In this document: piece by piece, positions 18,177 to 27,200 of the stretch
How positions within the stretch are numbered: position 1 is the first letter of the stretch
Layout: each line of letters opens with the position of its first letter
NCBI GenBank assembly: GCA_001770205.1
Contig: MEQL01000056.1
Coordinates: forward strand, 1-64,000
Length of the DNA stretch: 64,000 bases
From: Bdellovibrionales bacterium RIFOXYD12_FULL_39_22
Lineage (GTDB): Bacteria > Bdellovibrionota > Bacteriovoracia > Bacteriovoracales > Bacteriovoracaceae
Reading direction: 5' to 3'
The notes under the pieces: model-generated
Databases searched by the model: none
What the model was told of the DNA's origin: nothing
Seen by the model: only the letters and a program-made list of their open reading frames with translations
Program-made: the position numbers and the translations under genes

Positions 18177-19553
18177 ATGCGTTATGACATAAGTCAGTTC
18201 GCTCGTCATTTTAATCTCTACACCGAATTACGCTTTCAAGAAAATAGAGTTACTTCCATTTCTTGTAATGATGGAACTATTACCACAAATACAAAATCTG
18301 CTAATAGCGGTGTTTCTGCTCGAGTGGGATACAAAGGGCGATCTGGATTTTCTTCTTCATCTGTTTGGGCCGATGATACTGTTGCCGTGATTATTAAAGA
18401 GGCGGAGTCCCATGCTCTCTTTTTGGGGAGCAAGGCAAACGTTCCAGAATATAACTATTTTCCAAAAGAATTTAAAATTGAGAAGAGTTTTGCCACTACC
18501 AAACGCCGCTACTCTCAGCAAGAAATTGTTGAACTGGTGCGTGACCTAGATAATTATATTGTAAGGAATTTTCCCAATCTAAAGGGACGCTCGGTAATGC
18601 TTGTTACCCTCGATATGGAGAAGGTCTTACTCACCTCAACAAAGTCTTATGCTCACACACTCACTCCTCGTACTGTTGTTTCTATTGTTTTGCGCGCGGA
18701 AGGCAAAGATGGAATGATAAGCGTTGGTGATCGCATGGGCGGCCTTGGTCAAGTTGAAGATGTTTTGGATAATCCCCAAACATTCTACTCCAAAATCGAC
18801 AAGCTTCATCAACAGCTTCTTGATAAAAAAGAGGCCGTATATGCTAAAGCAGGATTTGCTGATGTAATTTTAAATGCCGATCTGGCAGGAATTTTGGCGC
18901 ATGAGGCAATTGGACATACCACCGAGGCCGATTTGGTGATGGCCGGATCGGTGGCCGGTGACTATTTGAATAAAAAAGTTGCAAGCGAGTTGGTTACATT
19001 GGTTGATTTTGCCCACGAAGCATTTGGAGAAATTTTACCAATTCCCGTTTACGTCGATGATGAAGGTGTCATTGCTAGCGACACCACTATAATTGAAAAG
19101 GGTGTTTTGAAAAACTTCATGCACAACAAAGAGAGCGCCAACCACTTTGGAGTTGCTCCAACCGGAAACGCTCGCGCTTTTAGTTTTTCTGATGAACCGT
19201 TAATTCGCATGCGCAATACAGTCATTCTTCCTGGTAACGATAAATTATCAGAAATGATTGCTTCCATCGAAAACGGATACTACCTAATGAAGCGCAGTAA
19301 TGGGCAAGCTGATGCAACTTCTGAGTTTATGTTTGGAGTTCCTGTTGGATATGAAATCAAAAATGGCAAAATTGGGCGCGCTATAAAAGATACTACTATA
19401 TCAGGAGTGGCCTTTGATGTTCTTAAAACCGTTACCATGGTCTCTGACGACTTTAGCTGCGCAGGTGTTTCCTTTTGTGGAAAAAAACAGATGATGCCAA
19501 CAGGCATGGGTGGCCCGGCCATCAAATGCAAATTAAACATTGGAGGCAAGTAA
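18177..19553 (+). CDS. tldD: TldD metalloprotease (catalytic subunit)
   Basis: HEAIGH Zn motif, DDEG, TGNAR, RMRNT, C-terminal CGK.Q..P.G.GGP. Confidence 0.92.
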   Translation: MRYDISQFARHFNLYTELRFQENRVTSISCNDGTITTNTKSANSGVSARVGYKGRSGFSSSSVWADDTVAVIIKEAESHALFLGSKANVPEYNYFPKEFKIEKSFATTKRRYSQQEIVELVRDLDNYIVRNFPNLKGRSVMLVTLDMEKVLLTSTKSYAHTLTPRTVVSIVLRAEGKDGMISVGDRMGGLGQVEDVLDNPQTFYSKIDKLHQQLLDKKEAVYAKAGFADVILNADLAGILAHEAIGHTTEADLVMAGSVAGDYLNKKVASELVTLVDFAHEAFGEILPIPVYVDDEGVIASDTTIIEKGVLKNFMHNKESANHFGVAPTGNARAFSFSDEPLIRMRNTVILPGNDKLSEMIASIENGYYLMKRSNGQADATSEFMFGVPVGYEIKNGKIGRAIKDTTISGVAFDVLKTVTMVSDDFSCAGVSFCGKKQMMPTGMGGPAIKCKLNIGGK

Positions 19554-20848
19554 TGCAGAATAAAAATATTGCAACTTTTTGTCTTGCAACCTTGAAACAA
19601 TTAGGTGCCCAAAAAGCACAAGTAAATTACGAGCAATCCATCACTAGAGAAATGTCATACGCTAATGGCCAAGTTTATCTTTTGCGAACATTGCATAAAG
19701 ACGATATTTATTTGCGGGCCATTATTGACAACAAAGAGGCGAAATTTGCCAGCAATAAAATTGACCCGGAAAGTCTATATGCTGCATGTCAAGAAACAAT
19801 AAATCTTGCAAGTTCTTCCCCCCCGGATGCGGCCAAAGATATTGCGCCCCAACAGGAAATTAAAGTTTTTCATCACGGTGAGAAAAATCCTAACTTCGAT
19901 CTGATGCATGAACGTTTGCTTGGTTTTTCTAAAGAGGTTAACAGGCGGTATCCAAAAATTAGAATTCGCGAAGTGCTTGTTGCTCACAACTTTTGCACAG
20001 CATATTTTTTAAATTCTAATGGAGTAGATGTTGAAACAAATAATGGGAGTTATGTAATTAACGTCCTCTTCTTGGCCAAAGATGGTATCAAAACCAGTTC
20101 ATTTAATTATGAAATTTGCAATAGTAAAAATTTAGATCTTGAATTTATCGACTGGGGAATGTTAGACGATATTTTATCACAAACTGAAAAACAGACGGAA
20201 CTTAGACCTGTCCCAGAGAAATCTTTTATTGGAGATATAATTTTAACTCCATCTTGCTTATTAGAAATGAATCAAATGCTGGCGGAACATTTGCGTGATG
20301 GAAAACACATTACTAATTCGTCACTATTTTTAAATAAATTAGGAGAGAAAGTGGTAAGTGAAAAATTTACGCTTCACTCGAATCCTATCGCGGCTGATTT
20401 TGCTGAACACAACTTCATTACTACTGATGGGTATATTACCCAAAATTTAGTTGTTTTTGAAAAGGGGGTATTAAAAAGCAACCTCCTATCTCAATATGCT
20501 GCCAACAAAACGAATCAGGCCCGCGGCCTCAACTATGGTGTAAACTATAAAATCGATTGTGGCGATCAATCGCTTGAGGATATTATTCGGTCTGTAAAAA
20601 AAGGAATTTTGCTTTATCGTTTATCAGGTGGATATCCCGCCAGTAATGGTGACTTCTCTGGTGTTGCTAAAAATAGCTTCTATATTGAAAATGGTGAAAT
20701 TAAGTATCCCATAAATGAGACAATGATTACCACTAATGTTTTAGATCTGTTTAACAATATTCATGCCATTTCGAAAGAAAGTGTTAATTATGGCCACTCT
20801 ATTATGCCTTGGATGAGAGTCGGTGGGGTTACTGTCTCTGGGAAATAG
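19553..20848 (+). CDS. pmbA: TldE/PmbA subunit
   Basis: ATG overlaps the tldD stop (TAATG); GDFSG.AKN.FYIENGEI.YP..ETMI motif; no HExxH. Confidence 0.88.
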   Translation: MQNKNIATFCLATLKQLGAQKAQVNYEQSITREMSYANGQVYLLRTLHKDDIYLRAIIDNKEAKFASNKIDPESLYAACQETINLASSSPPDAAKDIAPQQEIKVFHHGEKNPNFDLMHERLLGFSKEVNRRYPKIRIREVLVAHNFCTAYFLNSNGVDVETNNGSYVINVLFLAKDGIKTSSFNYEICNSKNLDLEFIDWGMLDDILSQTEKQTELRPVPEKSFIGDIILTPSCLLEMNQMLAEHLRDGKHITNSSLFLNKLGEKVVSEKFTLHSNPIAADFAEHNFITTDGYITQNLVVFEKGVLKSNLLSQYAANKTNQARGLNYGVNYKIDCGDQSLEDIIRSVKKGILLYRLSGGYPASNGDFSGVAKNSFYIENGEIKYPINETMITTNVLDLFNNIHAISKESVNYGHSIMPWMRVGGVTVSGK

Positions 20849-20990
20849 GGCCTGCGGCCAACGAATCTAATTTTAGTAACTTTAAAAATATTTTTTCACA
20901 CGATAGCATCTGAAGAATGTATGATACGCAGTAATTTTTTTCTACAAAAACATCTCTTATTCCAATGAAGGCAGCAGATGCTATTAGGAT

Positions 20991-21019
20991 TTGACAAGAA
21001 GTTGGCCAAAGGTCATACT
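20991..21019 (+). promoter_or_regulatory. sigma70 promoter for the second TldE/TldD pair
   Basis: TTGACA (20991-20996)-N17-CATACT (21014-21019), about 50 nt upstream of ATG 21068. Confidence 0.7.
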
Positions 21020-21067
21020 CCGCAGATCGTTTTATTCACAATAAAATTTAAGAGGCAAAAATTATCT

Positions 21068-22462
21068 ATGAAACCACATTCGCAAGATCCAACATTTATA
21101 AAAATAAAGGATACTGTCATAAACTTGGCTAAACATAATCAGGTTTTTTATGGATGGAGAATTTCTCAAATCGATTCTCGTTCAATTCAAGACCTCTTCT
21201 TGTGCAATAATAAACTTCAACTGCACAGCTACCAAAACAGGGATGTGCAAGAAAAAATATATAACATTGATGTCTATACTCGAAGTCAGAACCCTGTTGT
21301 TATGGGAAATTCTTCTTACATTTTAGATCCAAATATTTCTTTTGAAGATCAAATTAATCGCGCTATAAGCAATGCTTTGCAGGCAACCAACAAGCCTTGG
21401 GATTTGCCACAACCTGAAACTGAGAAATCTAAGCAGGTAATCACCTTTGATCCTCAAATCAAGGAAAACATCAATGCTGCTCACCAAAAACTTATTGGCC
21501 AAGCTTCCACCAAAGTTGCCACCATTAAAGAAGTGAAAGTAAATAGTGCGGAACTCTACACTAAAATGCAAACTACATTTTTTGAAACGTCCACTGGTAT
21601 TATTGGAGAAGAAGAACAATCAGATATTTATTTTGAAATCGCACTTGAAAAACTTCCGCTTCCTAATACTCAAGAAGTACTACAAAGTAAAACAGCGATT
21701 GGAATAGAGGACGCTGATCTTCCAGGTTTCATCGATGAAGTGGTATCGGAAACACTCTACTTAGATAAGGCCGCGCTGCCTAAAACTAATAACAACGCAA
21801 CCGTTATGATTAATGCTAAATATATCGCAAAAATAGTAAATACGCTTATATCTCAAATACACGCCAGCAACGAATATAACAAAACCCCGTTTTTACCAGT
21901 TGGGAGCAAAATTTACAATGGTGATAAAAATAGCAGCTCCGATCACCTTAAAGTTACTTTGGACCCTACACTGCCGGTGATGACGGCAAGTTGCGCATTT
22001 ACGCCCGAAGGGTTAATACCAAAAAGAGCAGTTGTTATCGACAACGATGTCGTTTGTGAACAGATAGTAACCAATCGTATGGCACAATATTTAAATAAAA
22101 AACGCAACCCTATCGCTGGTAATATGGTCGTTGCTCTTGGCAGTAAATCCAAAGAGGAACTTTTGGAGTCCATGCCAGAATGTATTGATGTAATCTCTTT
22201 TTCGTCTTTGCGGGCAGACACATTCACACTTACCTGGAGTAGTGAGATAAAGTTGGCAAAGTTGTATCGATATGGAAAATTAATGGGAATGATTAAAGGC
22301 GGAGTCGTTTCCGGAAGTATAAAAGATAATTTTACCAATTTTTGCTTTAGCAATAAAGAGAAGCGTTTTAATGACATATCGCGCTACTCCTATAACTCAA
22401 AAGGATATGTTGGCCCAGACGCTATGTTGATCAAAAATGGTATAAAGGTCGCAGGAGAATAA
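21068..22462 (+). CDS. divergent TldE/PmbA-like protein
   Basis: F..EG...R..VI..V...RMAQYL....GN and GG.VSGS PmbA_TldD C-terminal pattern; no HExxH; start set downstream of the promoter. Confidence 0.75.
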   Translation: MKPHSQDPTFIKIKDTVINLAKHNQVFYGWRISQIDSRSIQDLFLCNNKLQLHSYQNRDVQEKIYNIDVYTRSQNPVVMGNSSYILDPNISFEDQINRAISNALQATNKPWDLPQPETEKSKQVITFDPQIKENINAAHQKLIGQASTKVATIKEVKVNSAELYTKMQTTFFETSTGIIGEEEQSDIYFEIALEKLPLPNTQEVLQSKTAIGIEDADLPGFIDEVVSETLYLDKAALPKTNNNATVMINAKYIAKIVNTLISQIHASNEYNKTPFLPVGSKIYNGDKNSSSDHLKVTLDPTLPVMTASCAFTPEGLIPKRAVVIDNDVVCEQIVTNRMAQYLNKKRNPIAGNMVVALGSKSKEELLESMPECIDVISFSSLRADTFTLTWSSEIKLAKLYRYGKLMGMIKGGVVSGSIKDNFTNFCFSNKEKRFNDISRYSYNSKGYVGPDAMLIKNGIKVAGE

Positions 22463-22463
22463 A

Positions 22464-24074
22464 ATGAAAAACAGTCAAAATAAAACAAGGGCGACTTTTT
22501 CAGATAATTTAAAAAATTTACGTAAGCTTTTGCCAAATCTTGTTTCAATACTAGAAGATGGTAAACAAGATAATTGGTACGCTTCAGCATGGCTCGAATC
22601 TAATCGTTGGATGATGTATACTGCCGCCATTTTAGAAAATTCCCAGGAAAGTACTGATCGCGGAGTTGTTCTACGTGTATTCGTTGATGGTGTCTGTTAT
22701 GAGAGGGCCTCTAACAAATTAGATCCAGAGTCATTAACAACACTTGCTAAGGACTTTAGAGGTGATCTTGATAAAAAACATCCTCCATCTTACAACTATA
22801 CAAAAAAAGCATACCGCCCTCTTACTTGGCAAGAGGAGATTAAACGTGGCCTATCGGCAGAAATCTCTACTCAAATTCCGTCAAATGTGAATGCTTCTTC
22901 GGAAGTACATTTTGGAGTTTTATGCGGTGAAGATCCTCATAAAACCAAAATGGATACACTAAAAGAAAGGGCATCTTTTGCGCGAAAAAATCTTTTTGAT
23001 AGAGCTAATAATTTTATTGTCGAGGAGAACAAGACGAGATCTTCTGACAATCAGTATGAGAATTTAAGCGACATTCGCACCATAATGCGTCAGATTTTAG
23101 AAATAAGTGTATTTGTTGATCGTGAGAAAAATATCTCTCAAATTCTTCCATCATCTTCTATCGTTGCAGTAGGTATTTCCAAGTGTGGTAAGACTTCACT
23201 CGGAGTATGTGGTGGCCTGGGTGGCCTAGAAATTGCCACTCTGGACGAGGAGTCTTCAGATGTGGCAACCATTAACTGTCTACGGCTGACAAAGGCCGAT
23301 CGACTGATTCCTGGCCGTTACCAAGTGATAACTGGCCCTGACGTTACTGGCGTTATTGCTCACGAAGCTTTTGGCCACACCCAAGAGGGCGATACCTGGA
23401 TGAAAGGCAGAAGTATTGCGGAAAATCTTCATAACAACAAAACAAAAGTTGGCAATGATCAAGCTACGATAGTGAATCACCCGGACATGTTTTCCAAAGA
23501 TGAACACCATTATGGAAGTAATGGCTCCCATTTTTTTGATCATGAAGGTGAACTTGGACGAAAACAGCAAATCCTTGATAAGGGAATGCTCTCCACTCCA
23601 ATGACAGATTTTATCTCGGCCTACACTCTCAATGTTTCACGCACCTCAAACGGAAAACGTGAAAGTTGGAGACGGCCACTTATGGCCCGTCAAACAAACA
23701 CCTACTTCACACCTGGTGACAAAACCCTTTCCGAATTGATCTCTATGGTCAAACATGGCCATCTTGCTCGTTGGGGAAATGGTGGAATGGAAGATCCTAA
23801 AGGTGGGAGCTTAACTGCTGGAGCTGCTTACTTTGAAGAGATAATAGATGGTAAACTTACAGGAAAAGTTTTATTAGGTCCAAGTGGTGGCCACATCGAA
23901 TTATCTGATCCAGTTTTTAGTTTACTAGATAAAATTGTGGCAAAATCAAAAACTGTCAACGCAGATAACATTCCTGATGTAAAACTTGGCGGCTGTGGAA
24001 AATACCACAAAGAGGGCGTTAACGCCGGATGTGGCGGCCCTTACATTTTGTGGCAAGATATAAATTGTGGTTAA
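22464..24074 (+). CDS. second, divergent TldD metalloprotease
   Basis: HEAFGH, FFDHEG, NGKRES..RQTNTYF.PG, GGCGK...V..G.GGP. Confidence 0.88.
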   Translation: MKNSQNKTRATFSDNLKNLRKLLPNLVSILEDGKQDNWYASAWLESNRWMMYTAAILENSQESTDRGVVLRVFVDGVCYERASNKLDPESLTTLAKDFRGDLDKKHPPSYNYTKKAYRPLTWQEEIKRGLSAEISTQIPSNVNASSEVHFGVLCGEDPHKTKMDTLKERASFARKNLFDRANNFIVEENKTRSSDNQYENLSDIRTIMRQILEISVFVDREKNISQILPSSSIVAVGISKCGKTSLGVCGGLGGLEIATLDEESSDVATINCLRLTKADRLIPGRYQVITGPDVTGVIAHEAFGHTQEGDTWMKGRSIAENLHNNKTKVGNDQATIVNHPDMFSKDEHHYGSNGSHFFDHEGELGRKQQILDKGMLSTPMTDFISAYTLNVSRTSNGKRESWRRPLMARQTNTYFTPGDKTLSELISMVKHGHLARWGNGGMEDPKGGSLTAGAAYFEEIIDGKLTGKVLLGPSGGHIELSDPVFSLLDKIVAKSKTVNADNIPDVKLGGCGKYHKEGVNAGCGGPYILWQDINCG

Positions 24075-24252
24075 ATTCTGCGTGGGCCACTTAAAAGAAA
24101 TTATTTTTGTATTTTGTTTCATTTTCTAGTAAATTTTTTTAACCCTTGCATATCTAACTGGTAGTAAAATATCATGCAGATAGATATGTGTTTTATATAG
24201 GAAATATTTATTGCTAATGTTGCTATGATTTTTCTAAAAATAAGCAACTGGT

Positions 24253-27200
24253 TTATTTGCAGTAAAAATGGTGATTCCAGCGCAATCCCTGGTCGAACAT
24301 GCTAGCACTTTTGTCGTCATTGGTTCCATCGATATCTTGAGATGAATCAACAAGACTTAAGAAAAATTGTCCATCCTCTTCTCCGCCATCATAAGTGGAC
24401 TGTTCAACAGAAATAATTCCTTCGCCAGTGTAATATCCGAAGGCCGATCCACCAACGATGACTTCTCCCGATCCGCAATACTCCAGCCCTAAGGTATAAA
24501 TTTTATCATCAACGGTGCTGCTTGTTTTTGGTTCTCCAGTAAGAGGAATGAAATCTTCATCCTTGAGCGGATTATCAAGGGCCGTTCCTGAACCTTCGGA
24601 GCTTACAAAGCGATTGAAATAAAGATGTAAATCGGCGTTGGGTGGCAATTTACAAAGAGTTTTTCCACTATCATCATCTTTGAAGCTGTAGTTACTGCAG
24701 CAGTTGGCCGCCGTGGTAGTTTCTTCGTTAAGCTGCAAACAACAGATAAACTCATTTGATGAAAAAACCGGAGGGATTATTACTTGGTTTTGGAAAGTGA
24801 TGCGCTCATTCGTTCCGACCGCAGTGTTAGGAAAAATATCGCTATCGTCAGTAGATTTAGCGGAGTCATATATCTGTGCGAGAGATTGCGCTCTGGCGGC
24901 CGCCGAGGCGCTAAATTGAAAAGTATCAGCGCTTCCTTCAAAGTCGGATCTGTTTTCTAGCGTAGTCTTAAAAATGCCAGGAACAAGTCGATCTTTGTTG
25001 GAGACACAATAAAGAGGTTCGTAAAAAATTTGCGGGATTCCTAAAAGTTCCAGGCGCCCCAATTTGGTCAAGTAGTACATCGTGTTGCCAGGATTGAGAG
25101 CGTATGGAATTACCGTGGTGTTGGGAACATACTCGAAAGCGGAGGCAAAGCTTTGAGGGATATTAAAATCTATGGTGATGTTTGCATATGACCAAGGATT
25201 GCCTGAACAGGGAGCATTTTGTAGTGCCCGGATATTAAAAATATCGTATCCACCAGCATCTTGTGAGACACACCATTGGTTAGCGGCAAGGGCCGGAAAG
25301 GGAGGAGTTATGGCACCACAAACAATTTGAGCGGCCGGGGCAGTTGAGCATGCAGCGCCAGCGCTGTCGTAATAAGTAATATTAACACTAGTTATGTTGT
25401 CTCGATTAGCTCGAGTAGCATGCATATAAATGGGAACATAAAAACTAACTTGATCATAATCATAACTAGCAAAGAAATTTTGCTCTTCGGTAATTCCAGT
25501 AGGTATCAGATTAGAATCGGGATATGGGATCGGTTGATAATATGCCCAATGGTTTACCGTCGGGGGCGAACCATTTCCGGCACTGGGGCCAGTTACTAAA
25601 GATCCCTCTAGTTGTGCCATCAACGTAGGATAGGTAATTTCATAATTACTGGCCGGATTAAATTCAATTTGAATGCAGCCTTTATTACCTGGATGGACAC
25701 AAAGTTTATCCTTGTCTTTGTCGTAATTTTTTTCATTGGTGTTATAAATAGAAACCGAGCTGACATAATCATTCGGGATAAAAATCATTTCAGAATCATA
25801 GTTTAAGCATTGGAAATTATTTTTATCAATCTGCAGGCGGCGATTATTCGTCCAGTCATGAGAACCATCGACGAATTTGCGAACCCAGCCGCCTCCGCAG
25901 CAGCTTTTCTTCGCAGTATCCCCGATAGTTTTCCATTGATAAGGAAGAGGCGTTGTGTTGGTTTTAACTTGGGGGATTTCCGCATAGGGAGTACCTACCG
26001 CGGCCGGAATTCCTAGCGGTGCTACAATTTGATAACGAGAGTATCGGCCGCTGGCCGTAGGGCCATCCTTGGGAAGTAGCCACGTTTTTAGAGAAGTATT
26101 TGTACTTCCCAAATCAGGAATCAAAGTGGTCGTTCCACTAGTAAATAGCGTTATATCTTTACCAACTTCGCGACAGCATCTATTTTGGCCAACGTCATAA
26201 TTGTAATAAGTACTGGCATCAGCAATCGTTATAAGTGGTGCCTTCTGTGCTTGGCCGCAAATTAAAGATTCGCTCCAAAATAATTTTTCCGCATCACTGT
26301 TTCCAAAATAGGCCCTGCTGTATTGATCTGCATAATCAGCATGTAACTTATTAGGGCCGCAATCCAAATCTGTCTGACAAATGGCCCCTGCCCGGCGTAA
26401 ACAACCATCTTTGGCCATAGTAGCTTCTTCTAAATATGCCACTGCCCCTAAGGTGGCCGCCTCAATCGAAGAAAAAGGAGATATTCCGGTGCTGCTTTTG
26501 CTCTCTCCACCGCACATGTTTTGTTGGTGGTGCTGATTGTAATTGGCAAAGGTAATTAGATAATTTCCAGAATCATCAATAACAGGACAGGCCCAGACGC
26601 GAGCATCCCCCGTTGCTCCCGAATTACAGGAACCAATTTGTGAAATGTAATCAGTCCGCCAGGAAGCATCTTTGGAAGAGTGCTGGGTAAGATGAGAACC
26701 ACTTGCTAGTGATTTTCCTGGGCGACACATCCCAAAATCGGCCGTGCTGGTGGAATAGATCGTGGCATTATCGCGAAGATTGGTTTGAATGTTGGCCGGA
26801 AGAGCAGAAGCTGCCGCGATATAATTTTTTGGCCGGCCTAATACGTTGGCATCGCGTCCGATTTTGTAGGTGCCGGAGATGGCCGGTTCTCTGGCCACGT
26901 CATAGTTAAAATCACTACTGCTCGCAGAGCTGCAATAAAAATTAGGAGCACAGGTTAGTAATTTTTTTTGAGAAGTGTTGAGTAGGTTGGTATTATAATT
27001 TACTTTGCAAAAGGCCCCGCCCCCACGATAAACACAACGCTTATTATTTTCTCCATAGGCAAAATTGCGCAAAATTTGTTCAATGGCCGTAAAACTGGCC
27101 TCATTGATCTGCTCATCAACTATTTCATTGGCATTAGTGTCAAATTTGGGCCAGCGACTTTTAATTTTTGTTACATCTTCACAGACATATTCCCAACCCA

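Noticed and set aside
21068..22462. Low GGCC density (3 sites in ~1.4 kb) as a sign of recent transfer of the second Tld pair
   Set aside because: The partner tldD has normal density (about 14 in 1.6 kb) and the gene is AT-rich; the sample is too small.
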